Translations under genes and position numbers: made by a program
Assembly: GCA_947632405.1 (NCBI GenBank)
Contig: CANRPE010000005.1
Location: 1 to 46,711 of the forward strand
DNA length: 46,711 nucleotides
DNA from: an uncultured Bacilli bacterium
Lineage (GTDB): Bacteria > Bacillota_I > Bacilli_A > RF39 > UBA660
Reading direction: 5' to 3'
Part shown: positions 17,809 to 27,693 of the stretch, in pieces
Numbering within the stretch: position 1 is the first letter of the stretch
How the letters are laid out: each line of letters begins with the position of its first letter
Notes under the pieces: model-generated
Databases searched by the model: none
Seen by the model: only the letters and a program-made list of their open reading frames with translations
What the model was told of the DNA's origin: nothing

Positions 17809-19950
17809 ATGAAGAAAAAGAAAAAAACTCGCAATAATGTAAAATACAGTAAGCTTGTAATTCTTCTTTCTCTTTTTTTATTTGCAATTATGATTTTAAG
17901 AGTCATTGAACTTGCTACTTCTAAAGAAATTGATGGAGTTAATTTGCAAAAATTAGCAAGTCAAAGAACAAATAAGACCGAAATATTAGAGGCAAAGCGA
18001 GGAACTATTTATTCCAGTGATAATGAAATTTTAGCATTAAATGTGGCATCTTATAAATTAATTGCATATCTTGATTCAAAAAGAACTGAACATGAAGATG
18101 ATCCCCAACATGTTGTTGATAAAGAAAAAACAGCAGAAGCTTTGGCACCTATTTTAGAATTAGATAAAGAAGAAATTTTAAATTATTTAAATAAAAAGAA
18201 TGTCTATCAAACAGAATTTGGTTCTCATGGGCGAGGTTTATCAGAATTAGAAAAACAAAAAATAGAAGAATTAAATTTACCAGGACTTGATTTTATAGAA
18301 AGTTATAAAAGATATTATCCAAAGGGTCAATTTTTATCATATACTTTAGGATATGCTAAAAATGATGATAATGATGATAGTATTACTGGTGAAATGGGAA
18401 TAGAAAAATATTATGATAAAATTTTAAAAGGTAAAGATGGTTATGTTACATATCAAAAGGATTTAAAAGGATATAAGATTGCTGACTCTAATGAAATTAG
18501 GCAAGAAGCAGTAGAAGGAAAAGATATTTATTTAACTGTTGATAGTAATATTCAATTTTTTATTGAACAAGCTTTAAATAAAGCTAAAATAGAATATGGT
18601 TATGAATGGTTTACTATGATAATTGCTGATGCTAAAACTGGAGCTATTTTAGGATTATCATCTTATCCTTCATTTGATCCAAATTTAAGAAATATAACAA
18701 ATTATATCGATTTATCTGTAGCTTCAGCTTATGAACCTGGTTCTACTATGAAGACATTTACTTATATGGCAGCAATGGAAAATGGTGTATATAATGGAAC
18801 AGATACGTATAAATCAGGACTATATGAAACATCAGATGGCACTGTAATTGGTGACTGGAATAGAAATGGTTGGGGTGTTATTTCTTATGATAAGGGTTAT
18901 GCATTATCTAGTAATGTAGGAGTTATTAATCTAATAAGTAGAAATATGAATGCTGCTATGCTTAGACAATATTTTAGAAAATTAGGATTTGGATCTAAAA
19001 CTAGAATTTCACTTCCAAATGAAGCTAGTGGTACAATTAATTTTAAATATGAAACAGAAATTTATAATGCTGGTTTTGGACAAGGAATTACTACAACACC
19101 AATTCAAAATATTCAAGCTTTAACACCACTTACTAATGATGGCATGCTTCTTCAACCATATTTAGTTAAAAAAATTATTAATCCATCTAATAAAGAGATA
19201 ATTATGACAGGAAAGAAAAATGAAATAGAAAGAGTTGCTTCAACTGCAACTGTAGAAAAGATGCTTCAATTAATGGATGATACTGTAAATGGTATTGGAA
19301 ATACTGGTAGTGGTTATAGAATAGATAGTCATGAACTAATTGGTAAAACAGGTACAGCTCAAATAGCTGCTGAAAATGGACAAGGTTACTTAGATGGTAA
19401 AAATGATATTATTTCTTCTTTTGCAGGAATATATCCAAAAAGTAATCCAGAAATTATAATTTATGCTTCTGTCAAAAGACCAAGTAATGGTAGTCAAAAA
19501 CCTATTTCTAATGCTGTTAAAGAAGTAGTTTTAAATATTGGAAAATATTTAGGTACAGAGCAACAAACTACTACAACACAAGTAATAGAATATACACTTC
19601 CATCATTTATTAATAAAGATATTGAAAAAGTAAAAACTACACTAACTAATAATAGTATGAAATACCAAGTTATTGGGAATGGTAATAAAGTAGTTAAACA
19701 ATATCCTGAAAAAAATAATAAAATTACTAATAAAGATACTGTTTATTTGATTACAAATGATAATACTTATGTAATTCCTAATGTTTGTGGTTTATCTAGT
19801 AAGGAAGCAAAAACATTATTACAACTTTTAGGAGTTAAAGTAAAATTAGAGGGTAGTGGATATGTTATTAATCAAAGTATTGCAGAAAATACACCAATTA
19901 CTGAAGGTATGGAGATAACATTGACATTAAATCCTAAATTTGAAAGTTAG
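17809..19950 (+). CDS. pbpB: Class B penicillin-binding protein (PBP2B/2x type) with PASTA domains
   Basis: KRGTI, RYYP, EPGSTMK (SxxK), SSN, KTG; C-terminal PASTA repeats; dcw synteny. Confidence 0.88.
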   Translation: MKKKKKTRNNVKYSKLVILLSLFLFAIMILRVIELATSKEIDGVNLQKLASQRTNKTEILEAKRGTIYSSDNEILALNVASYKLIAYLDSKRTEHEDDPQHVVDKEKTAEALAPILELDKEEILNYLNKKNVYQTEFGSHGRGLSELEKQKIEELNLPGLDFIESYKRYYPKGQFLSYTLGYAKNDDNDDSITGEMGIEKYYDKILKGKDGYVTYQKDLKGYKIADSNEIRQEAVEGKDIYLTVDSNIQFFIEQALNKAKIEYGYEWFTMIIADAKTGAILGLSSYPSFDPNLRNITNYIDLSVASAYEPGSTMKTFTYMAAMENGVYNGTDTYKSGLYETSDGTVIGDWNRNGWGVISYDKGYALSSNVGVINLISRNMNAAMLRQYFRKLGFGSKTRISLPNEASGTINFKYETEIYNAGFGQGITTTPIQNIQALTPLTNDGMLLQPYLVKKIINPSNKEIIMTGKKNEIERVASTATVEKMLQLMDDTVNGIGNTGSGYRIDSHELIGKTGTAQIAAENGQGYLDGKNDIISSFAGIYPKSNPEIIIYASVKRPSNGSQKPISNAVKEVVLNIGKYLGTEQQTTTTQVIEYTLPSFINKDIEKVKTTLTNNSMKYQVIGNGNKVVKQYPEKNNKITNKDTVYLITNDNTYVIPNVCGLSSKEAKTLLQLLGVKVKLEGSGYVINQSIAENTPITEGMEITLTLNPKFES

Positions 19951-19960
19951 GTGAAGTTAA

Positions 19961-20506
19961 ATGAAAAAAAATTTAATAGTAAGCTCTATTATTAGTATTA
20001 TAATAATTTTTCTTATAATTATAGGTATTTATTTTTTAACTACTAATAATAAAAGTAAAAATATTAAATTAGATTCTAATTACAAAGCTTTAATTGGTTT
20101 AAGAATGAATTCTGATATAATTTTAGTTATTAATCAAAAAGATAAAGTATCTAATATACTATATTTAAATAAGACTAGTGCTAGTACTTTAGCTAATCAA
20201 AAAATAGAAGGTAAGGATTTAGCACTTGCAGTTGAATTAATTGTTGATAAATTAAAAAATAAAAATGAATTTGACAATGGTGAAGAATTATATATAACTA
20301 GATACAGTCAAGATAAGATTTATGCAACTTTTATTGAAGAATTGAATAAAGAATTTGTTATTTATGGTATTGATAATAAACTAGTTGAACAAACTGATGA
20401 TTTAAGTACAAAATTAAATCAATTAAAATTAAAAACTACTGATAGTACAATAACAAATATTGAAACATTATATCAGTATTCAAAAAAAATATTGACTAAA
20501 GATTAA
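19961..20506 (+). CDS. Membrane-anchored protein with an RsgI-like extracytoplasmic domain
   Basis: N-terminal TM, then IGLRMNSDIILVINQKDKVSNILYLN...IEGKDLALAVELIV, resembling the RsgI conserved periplasmic region; RBS overlaps the pbpB stop. Confidence 0.5.
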   Translation: MKKNLIVSSIISIIIIFLIIIGIYFLTTNNKSKNIKLDSNYKALIGLRMNSDIILVINQKDKVSNILYLNKTSASTLANQKIEGKDLALAVELIVDKLKNKNEFDNGEELYITRYSQDKIYATFIEELNKEFVIYGIDNKLVEQTDDLSTKLNQLKLKTTDSTITNIETLYQYSKKILTKD

Positions 20507-20558
20507 TAATAGTAATGTTAAATAAAAAAATATTTTAAATTAATAAAATTTATTATTT

Positions 20559-20590
20559 AAAAAAACTTACTCCTTCAGTAAGTTTTTTTT
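20559..20590 (+). terminator. Intrinsic terminator ending the mraZ-pbpB operon
   Basis: AAAAAAACTTACT-ccttc-AGTAAGTTTTTTT. Confidence 0.8.
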
Positions 20591-20771
20591 GCTATATAAT
20601 TTAATATTTTTTATGAAAAAATTAATCTGAATTTTTATTTTTGGTAATTTTCAAAATTAAAAATAAAATGTTAATATTCAAAATATATTATTTATATAAT
20701 TATATTTTTTTAAAATTTAAATTAATGTTTATACTAATAATATTTAAAAACTTTAATAGGAGATGAATAAA

Positions 20772-20876
20772 ATGAAAACACTTCTAATAATAATAGGAAT
20801 TATTTTTGTTATAGTAGCTCTTTTATTTACATGGTGTTCAATGAAAATATCTAGTTATTGTGATCATCAAAAATAA
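20772..20876 (+). CDS. Small hydrophobic membrane peptide (34 aa, not in ORF track)
   Basis: MKTLLIIIGIIFVIVALLFTWCSMKISSYCDHQK; AGGAG RBS 9 nt upstream. Confidence 0.6.
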   Translation: MKTLLIIIGIIFVIVALLFTWCSMKISSYCDHQK

Positions 20877-20883
20877 AATATAC

Positions 20884-21072
20884 TTATTTCTTTAAATCTT
20901 TTTCATTTAAGTTATTTAAAGCATACTCAATACATTCATTAATTATTCTATTTACAGATATATTAGATTTTTTAGCTAAATTTTCTAATTTCTTTAAAGT
21001 TATAAATTTTAATCTAACTGTTCTTAAAATAGATTTTTCATCTTCAATATTGGGCAGATTAAAGTCTTTCAT
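20884..21072 (-). CDS. Ribbon-helix-helix (Arc/CopG-like) DNA-binding protein
   Basis: SILRTVRL strand, then TLKKLENLAKKSNISVNRIINECIEYAL helices; ATG at 21072 with AGGAAGTGA RBS. Confidence 0.75.
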   Translation of the reverse strand: MKDFNLPNIEDEKSILRTVRLKFITLKKLENLAKKSNISVNRIINECIEYALNNLNEKDLKK

Positions 21073-21106
21073 ATAAGTCACTTCCTATATAGAAATTGTA
21101 TAAAAA

Positions 21107-21143
21107 TGTATTACATTATGTAAGTTACACAATTTGTATTACA
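21107..21143. promoter_or_regulatory. Three TGTA..TACA palindromes, putative RHH operator
   Basis: TGTATTACA (21107-21115), TGTAAGTTACA (21119-21129) and TGTATTACA (21135-21143) between the divergent RHH and lipoprotein genes. Confidence 0.55.
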
Positions 21144-21188
21144 ATTATGCATTTTTATGATATAATACTTAATATGAAAGGAGTAAAT

Positions 21189-21767
21189 ATGAAGAAGTTT
21201 AGATTGCTATTAATAGTTTCAGTTGTTTTTATGGCTACTGGATGTGGAAATGCTAATTCTATAAAGGATACTAGTGTTAGTGATAATAAAGAAAATACCG
21301 AGGTTAAAAGTGAAACAAAAAAAGCAATTGCTGTTTCTATAGGGCAAAATATTCAATATGATGATAATTATAATATTTCGTTTTTAGAAATGTTATTTAC
21401 ACAAAAAATAGAACCAACAAATCCAGAAAGTTATTATACTTATTATCCTGCAGGTGATGATAATGCTTATTTAGTTTTAAAAACTGTTATAAAAAATTTA
21501 GGTACTGATACTTTAAAGGGATCAAAATTACCAAAAGCAAAATTAATATATGATAATAAATATAATTATGATGCTAAACTTATGACTGAAACAGATGATG
21601 GTTCAAATGTTGAACAGTATGATTGGTATATGGATATAGAACCATTAAAAACTAAAAAAATTTGGTATGCTGTAGAAGTTCCAAAAGAAATAGAAAATAA
21701 TACAAACACTAGCATAATAATGGAATATAAAATAAATAATAAGGTTTATAATGTAAAACTTAGATAA
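21189..21767 (+). CDS. Lipoprotein (DUF4352-like beta-sandwich)
   Basis: MKKFRLLLIVSVVFMATG|C lipobox; AAAGGAG RBS supports a start at 21189; YLVLKTVIKNLG and IEPLKTKKIWYAVEVP segments. Confidence 0.7.
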   Translation: MKKFRLLLIVSVVFMATGCGNANSIKDTSVSDNKENTEVKSETKKAIAVSIGQNIQYDDNYNISFLEMLFTQKIEPTNPESYYTYYPAGDDNAYLVLKTVIKNLGTDTLKGSKLPKAKLIYDNKYNYDAKLMTETDDGSNVEQYDWYMDIEPLKTKKIWYAVEVPKEIENNTNTSIIMEYKINNKVYNVKLR

Positions 21768-21772
21768 AGTTT

Positions 21773-21805
21773 ATGTAATCTTTTTGTAAATAAAAAAGAT
21801 TACAT
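21773..21805. terminator. Inverted repeat / terminator after the lipoprotein gene
   Basis: ATGTAATCTTTTT...AAAAAGATTACAT 13-bp inverted repeat. Confidence 0.55.
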
Positions 21806-21989
21806 TTACTAGTATGTTATATGGAATAAATTTGTCTTTACAAAATAATACTAATATGATAAAATAACAATGTTAGCTCAATTAATAAAATAATTGAGTT
21901 TCTTATTAAATAAAAATATTTATATAATAAAATTACTAATAATATAATTTCTACATTTATATGATAATTTGTAGTTGGAGGTTTTATAA

Positions 21990-22652
21990 ATGAGTAATAG
22001 TATAGATAGTAAGAATGATAACAGAACTAAAATTGGTTTAACTGTCTATTTAGGTTTTAAAAGAATATTTGATTTATTAGTTTCATCACTAGTCTTTATT
22101 ATTTGTATTCCTATATTTTTAATAGTTGGAATTTTTATTAAAATAGATTCTAGAGGACCAGTTTTTTACAAACATAAAAGGATAGGAAAAAATGGAAAAA
22201 CTATTTATTTATATAAATTTAGAAGTATGTACAATGATGCAGATGTTAGATTGAAAGAGTTATTAAAAGATCCTAAAATAAAAAAGGAATGGGAAGAAAA
22301 TTATAAATTACATAATGATCCTAGAATTACAAGAGTAGGTAAAATATTAAGAAGAACTTCAATTGATGAGCTTCCTCAATTATTAAATATTTTAAAAGGT
22401 GATATGAGTCTTATTGGACCAAGACCTTTAGTAGATGGTGAAATAGAAAAATATGGAAAAAATAAATCAAAGTTTTTAAGTGTGACACCAGGCTTAACAG
22501 GTTTTTGGGCATGTTCTGGAAGAAGTAATATTACTTATAAAGAAAGAATGGAATTAGAATTATATTATGTTGATCATATGAGCCTATTCCTAGATATAAA
22601 AATAATTTTTAAGACAATAATTGCTGTACTTAAAGGCCATGGAGCTAAGTAA
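21990..22652 (+). CDS. Priming polyprenyl-phosphate sugar transferase (Bac_transf family)
   Basis: KRIFDL, YKFRSM, DPRITRVG, SIDELPQL, GDMSLIGPRP, PGLTG. Confidence 0.93.
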   Translation: MSNSIDSKNDNRTKIGLTVYLGFKRIFDLLVSSLVFIICIPIFLIVGIFIKIDSRGPVFYKHKRIGKNGKTIYLYKFRSMYNDADVRLKELLKDPKIKKEWEENYKLHNDPRITRVGKILRRTSIDELPQLLNILKGDMSLIGPRPLVDGEIEKYGKNKSKFLSVTPGLTGFWACSGRSNITYKERMELELYYVDHMSLFLDIKIIFKTIIAVLKGHGAK

Positions 22653-22774
22653 TAATAGGTATAAAATAAAAAATAAAATAAGTTTTTATTTTTATGATAT
22701 ACTATTTAATAGATAATTATATTTAATTTAAATATTTGGTTAATATAGTAAGAGGAGAATAAAAGGAGAATAGA

Positions 22775-24229
22775 ATGGAAACAAAAGAAACACAAAAAAA
22801 GAAAGTTAAAAAATTAAAATTTAAAAAATTAAATATTTTGGGTTTAATTAGCTTCATTATATATGTAATATTTTGCATAATTTTTGCAAGATTGGATTTA
22901 TTATCACCACTATATTTAACATTAGTAATTGTAATATTACTATTAATACAAATATTAGGAATTTTCTTAATTAATAGACGCAAAAAAGGCTTAAAAATTT
23001 TAGGTAGTATTATATTAATATTATTTACTATAATTCATTGTGTAGGTATATATTATTGTTATAATACTAATGAGTTTTTAAATAAGTCATTAGGTAGTAA
23101 ATATATTAAAAATACTAATACTTATTATATTGTTAGTAAAGCTTCAAATAATTTAACTGAAGATGATATTGCAGGTGATATTTCGTACTTTAAAAATACA
23201 CCTAATATTGATAAAGCTAATAATAAATTAAAAACTATTTATACTGATGCAGTAATGAAAAGTTATGAAGATGTTAATTTAATGTTTAAAGATTTAAATA
23301 ATGATGTAGTTAAATTTATGTATATTGAACAATCATCTTTTAATACTATTTTTGATTTAGATAAAGAATTAAATAAAGATAATTACAAAGTATTAGATAA
23401 AATTGAAGTTACTTCTAAATTAAAGGCTAAGGATTCTAATGATTCTATATTTAATATTTATGTTAGTGGAACTGATTTTACTGAGGAGAACTTAGATTTT
23501 AATATGATTATTACAGTAAATACAGAAACTAATCGTATTTTATTAACAAGTATTCCAAGGGATTATTATTTTGAATTAGATGGATATAATGGCTCAAAAG
23601 ATAAATTAAGTTTTATGAAACCTTATGGTATTGAAACTATTTCTAATTCTTTAGAAAATTTATTAAATATTGATATTGATTATTATTTTAAAATTAATAC
23701 AACAGGATTAGTTACAGTAATTAATGAAATAGGTGGAATTAATTTCTGTAGTGATTATGATTATATTACAACACATGCTTTAGTTATGGGAACTTATGAT
23801 GATACAAAAGGAAAGAAATTACATGTAACTAAGGGTTGTCAATATATTAATGGAATAGAAGCTTTAACTATTGCACGTGAAAGAAAGAAACTTCAAGGTG
23901 GAGATAGAGCAAGACAAGAAAATTGTCGTAAAATATTTATGGCTATTTTAAATAAGCTAAATAATGTAAATACAGTTACAAATTATACTGGTATTCTTGA
24001 TTCATTTAATGGTTTATATGAAACTTCGCTTCCTAAAAGTGCATTTAGTAATATTGCTAAAACAACTATTAATAATAAAGGAAAATGGAAAATAGAAGAA
24101 CAATCAGTTGATGGTCAAGATGGAAAAGATTATATTAAACTTACAAAGTATACTGATTGGGTAATGTATCCTGATATGCAAACAGTAGAAAAAGCTGGTA
24201 AAAAAATAAATCGAATTATAAATCATTAA
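22775..24229 (+). CDS. LCP-family (LytR-CpsA-Psr) glycopolymer transferase, CpsA/Wzg-like
   Basis: Three N-terminal TMs; LTSIPRDYY, DKL, EALTIARERK, GDRARQEN. Confidence 0.88.
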   Translation: METKETQKKKVKKLKFKKLNILGLISFIIYVIFCIIFARLDLLSPLYLTLVIVILLLIQILGIFLINRRKKGLKILGSIILILFTIIHCVGIYYCYNTNEFLNKSLGSKYIKNTNTYYIVSKASNNLTEDDIAGDISYFKNTPNIDKANNKLKTIYTDAVMKSYEDVNLMFKDLNNDVVKFMYIEQSSFNTIFDLDKELNKDNYKVLDKIEVTSKLKAKDSNDSIFNIYVSGTDFTEENLDFNMIITVNTETNRILLTSIPRDYYFELDGYNGSKDKLSFMKPYGIETISNSLENLLNIDIDYYFKINTTGLVTVINEIGGINFCSDYDYITTHALVMGTYDDTKGKKLHVTKGCQYINGIEALTIARERKKLQGGDRARQENCRKIFMAILNKLNNVNTVTNYTGILDSFNGLYETSLPKSAFSNIAKTTINNKGKWKIEEQSVDGQDGKDYIKLTKYTDWVMYPDMQTVEKAGKKINRIINH

Positions 24230-24265
24230 ACTAAATAGTAATTTTAATGTTATTAAAAAATGTAT

Positions 24266-24296
24266 AAAAATACACAATAATTATGTGTATTTTTTT
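24266..24296 (+). terminator. Intrinsic terminator between the LCP genes
   Basis: AAAAATACACA...TGTGTATTTTT plus T-run. Confidence 0.65.
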
Positions 24297-24351
24297 ATTA
24301 TATATAGAAATAAAATATATTTAGGTGTAAAATATAGTTAGGTGAGTATTT

Positions 24352-25764
24352 ATGAGATTTGTAAGTAAAATATTAGGAGTTATTTTATCTATTTTATTTT
24401 TTGTGACAATGTATATGGTATATCAATTAAATATATTACCAATAAAATATTTTTTTATAGTAGGTCTTTTCTTATTATTAATTGTTTTTTGTTTAGTTTT
24501 CAAATTAATTAGAAAAAAAACATCTATTTTTAGTAGAATCTTTTTTATGGCTATTTCAATTGTCTTTATTATATGTAATTATTTTATTTTAACTTATATC
24601 AATGCAACCTATGATTTTATGAATAGTATGGTATTTAATAAATTTGAAACTATTACTTATCGTGTTATTGTAAATTCTAATACTAATTATAAAAAAATAA
24701 ATGATTTAAATAATTTAGAGATTGGGTATTTAAAATCAGATAATAATTATAAAAAATTAAAATTATTAATGATGAAAGATATTAAATATAAAGAAAGTAA
24801 ATATAAAAATATTAATTCTTTACTTTCTGATGTTAAGAATCAACAAATACCTGGTATTGTTCTAGAAGATAGTTATTATGAATTATTAAAAGAAGAATAT
24901 ACTGACTTAGAAGCTTCAACAAAAATTATTAAGTCATATAAATTAATTGTTCCAAAAGAAAAAAAAGCATCATCATCTAGTACTCGAAATCCATTCATTA
25001 TTTATATTAGTGGAATTGATACTTATGGTAAAATTTCTAGTGTATCTAGAAGTGATGTTAATATAGTAGCAGTAGTAAATCCTATGACAGAAAAGATTTT
25101 GTTGGTTTCTATTCCAAGAGATTATTATGTTCAATTACATGGTACTAGTGGAAATAAAGATAAATTAACTCATGCAGGAATTTATGGAATTGATATGAGT
25201 GTTAATACTATTAAAGATTTATTAGATATAGATATTGATTATTATTTGCGTCTTAATTTTTCTACTTTAACTAAGAGTATTGATTTATTAGATGGAATTG
25301 ATGTATATTCTGACAGAACATTTCATCCATATACTAATTCTTCTATAACAATAACAGAAGGTATAAATCATATGAATGGAGAAGAAGCTTTAGCCTTTGC
25401 TAGAGAACGTCATGCTTATGCTACTGGTGATCGTCATAGAGGTGAAAATCAACAAGCAATTATTACAGCAGTTATTAAAAAAATGAGTAGTCCTACGATG
25501 ATTACTAAATATAAAAATTTATTAGAATCTTTAGAAGGAACATTTGAAACGAGTATGTCTTATGAAGATATCTCAAATCTTGTTAAATTGCAATTAGATA
25601 AAGAAATTGACTGGAATATTGAATCAATTAGTTTAGATGGAACAGGAAAGATGTTACCAACTTATTCCATGGGTAATAGAAATTTATATGTTATGATTCC
25701 AAATGAAGATACAATTAAAGCAGCTAAAAAGAAAATTAGTCAAACTTTAAATGAAGATAAATAA
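24352..25764 (+). CDS. LCP-family glycopolymer transferase, CpsA/Wzg-like (second copy)
   Basis: Three TMs; SGIDTYG, SRSDVNI, SIPRDYYV, DKLTHAGIYG, ALAFARER, GDRHRGENQQ. Confidence 0.92.
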   Translation: MRFVSKILGVILSILFFVTMYMVYQLNILPIKYFFIVGLFLLLIVFCLVFKLIRKKTSIFSRIFFMAISIVFIICNYFILTYINATYDFMNSMVFNKFETITYRVIVNSNTNYKKINDLNNLEIGYLKSDNNYKKLKLLMMKDIKYKESKYKNINSLLSDVKNQQIPGIVLEDSYYELLKEEYTDLEASTKIIKSYKLIVPKEKKASSSSTRNPFIIYISGIDTYGKISSVSRSDVNIVAVVNPMTEKILLVSIPRDYYVQLHGTSGNKDKLTHAGIYGIDMSVNTIKDLLDIDIDYYLRLNFSTLTKSIDLLDGIDVYSDRTFHPYTNSSITITEGINHMNGEEALAFARERHAYATGDRHRGENQQAIITAVIKKMSSPTMITKYKNLLESLEGTFETSMSYEDISNLVKLQLDKEIDWNIESISLDGTGKMLPTYSMGNRNLYVMIPNEDTIKAAKKKISQTLNEDK

Positions 25765-25773
25765 ATTTATTTA

Positions 25774-27693
25774 TTATTTATCTTTTTTATTTCCAAGCAT
25801 TAATCTTACAATAGCTTTATCTTCATGTTTTACATTTGCTTCTGGAGACTGAGATATAACATAATCTCCTTTGCCAGAATATTCAACTGTAAAATTAACT
25901 AGTAATTTCTTAGCTTCTTCTTTAGTTAAGCCAACAACATTTGGAACCTGATAAGTAATTTTATCTGTCCATTCTAAATCTTTTTCTAATCCACCTTTTT
26001 GTTCTTTAATATCTAAAGCTTCAATTATATCTAGTAAAATTCTTCTAGCAATAGGAGTAGTTGTATAACTTGAAAGCAATGCTGTATTTTTAGGATTATC
26101 AATGGCAATATATAAAACTGCTTCTGGATCATTTGATGGTACTATTCCAACAAAAGACATAATATAGTTATTAACTAGATATTTACCATCTTTAGCTTTT
26201 TGAGCTGTTCCAGTTTTACCACCAATTCTATATCCTTCTATATAAGCAGCTTTTCCTCCTCCTTTAGCAACAACACTTTCTAAAGCTAAACGCATAGTTT
26301 TAGAAGTTTCTGATGAAATAGTTCTTCTAACTAATTGTTTATAGTTTTCTTGAATAATTTCATTAGTTACTGATTCATTAATTGATTTTAAAATATATGG
26401 CTTATATAAATAGCCACCATTAATAACAGAAGAAATGGCCGTTACTTGTTGAATTGGAGTAACACTAACACCTTGACCAAAAGCAGTAGTTGCTAGTTCT
26501 ACATTTCCAACTTGATCTAAATTAAATAAAATACCTTTGCCTTCACCTGTTAAATCAACACCAGTTTTTTTACCAAAACCGAACTTATTAATATAAGAAA
26601 ATAATTTTTCTTTTCCAAGTAGTTGACCTAATTTAACAAAACCTGGATTACAAGAATTTTGTAGCACTTGCAAAAATGATTGTTCACCATGACCTCCAGC
26701 TTTCCAACATTTAATAACAGCACCATCTACATGAACAGAACCACTATCATAAAAGTGATCTTTTTCTAAATTAATAGTTTTTTCCTCTACAGAAGCAGCT
26801 GTAGTTATAATTTTAAAAGTAGATCCTGGTTCATAAGATGCAAAGATAGGTAAATTTCTATTTAGACTTTCAATTGAATATTTTTGATAATAATTAGGAT
26901 CAAAATTAGGCCTATTACTTATACCTAAAATTTCTCCAGTCTTAGGATTCATAACAATAGCTAAAGCCATATCAGGGGAAAACATATCAACTACATTATT
27001 TAATTCACGTTCTAATGATTTTTGAATATTAATATCAATAGTTAATTGAATATTCATTCCATTGACGGGTTCTACATATATATCTGATAAATTTAATTGA
27101 TTACCTTTAGCATCAGAAAAATATTTAATAGCTCCATTACTTCCAGTTAAAATATCATCATATTGAAGTTCTAAACCTGATAATCCTTGATTATCAATTC
27201 CAACATAACCTAAAGAATTAGATAATAATGTATTATATGGATAATATCTTTTTGCTTCTTTAACTAAATAAACTCCATCAAATCCTAAATTATTTATTTT
27301 ATCAGCTATTTCATATGATAATCTTCTTCCTTCGGGATGAACTCTTTCTATAGAGGTTTTTTTATAAACATGTTTTTTCATTTCTTCATTACTAACATTT
27401 AATATTTTAGCAAGTTCTTCTGTTACTTTTTTTTTATTTTTTATTTGATTTGGAATTAATACCAAACTTGTAGTAGTAACATTATCAGCTAAAACAATTC
27501 CGTTGCGATCTAAAATTTTTCCACGATCTGCTTGAACTTCTAAATCTCTACTCCATAAATTACTAGCTAAAGATTTTAATTTTTTATAATCAAATACTTG
27601 AATTTTAAAAACTCGTAATACTATACTAGTAAATATAATAATAAATATAATTAAAATAATCTTAATTCTTTTATCGATTCTTTTGAAAAACAT
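25774..27693 (-). CDS. spoVD: Class B penicillin-binding protein, SpoVD-like
   Basis: RGKILDRNG, GYVGIDNQGLSGLE, EPGSTFK, CWKAGGHG, SCNPGF, GKTGTAQK and a single PASTA; the CWK-x-GGHG and SCN features are typical of SpoVD. Confidence 0.75.
   Translation of the reverse strand: MFFKRIDKRIKIILIIFIIIFTSIVLRVFKIQVFDYKKLKSLASNLWSRDLEVQADRGKILDRNGIVLADNVTTTSLVLIPNQIKNKKKVTEELAKILNVSNEEMKKHVYKKTSIERVHPEGRRLSYEIADKINNLGFDGVYLVKEAKRYYPYNTLLSNSLGYVGIDNQGLSGLELQYDDILTGSNGAIKYFSDAKGNQLNLSDIYVEPVNGMNIQLTIDINIQKSLERELNNVVDMFSPDMALAIVMNPKTGEILGISNRPNFDPNYYQKYSIESLNRNLPIFASYEPGSTFKIITTAASVEEKTINLEKDHFYDSGSVHVDGAVIKCWKAGGHGEQSFLQVLQNSCNPGFVKLGQLLGKEKLFSYINKFGFGKKTGVDLTGEGKGILFNLDQVGNVELATTAFGQGVSVTPIQQVTAISSVINGGYLYKPYILKSINESVTNEIIQENYKQLVRRTISSETSKTMRLALESVVAKGGGKAAYIEGYRIGGKTGTAQKAKDGKYLVNNYIMSFVGIVPSNDPEAVLYIAIDNPKNTALLSSYTTTPIARRILLDIIEALDIKEQKGGLEKDLEWTDKITYQVPNVVGLTKEEAKKLLVNFTVEYSGKGDYVISQSPEANVKHEDKAIVRLMLGNKKDK

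Noticed and set aside
20507-20757. Extremely AT-rich spacer considered as an origin or inversion breakpoint
   Set aside because: No DnaA-box cluster, no iterons and no convincing inverted repeat matching the spoVD upstream region.
21096-21188. Apparent N-terminal extension of the lipoprotein, and similar ones on pheT, mraZ, lexA, pyk and tmcAL in the ORF track
   Set aside because: Artefacts of longest-ORF calling: each has a better RBS at a downstream ATG, unlike rpmF, where the RBS supports the extension.
22723-22983. 86-aa minus-strand ORF
   Set aside because: Antisense to the LCP N-terminus; its composition reflects AT-rich TM codons.
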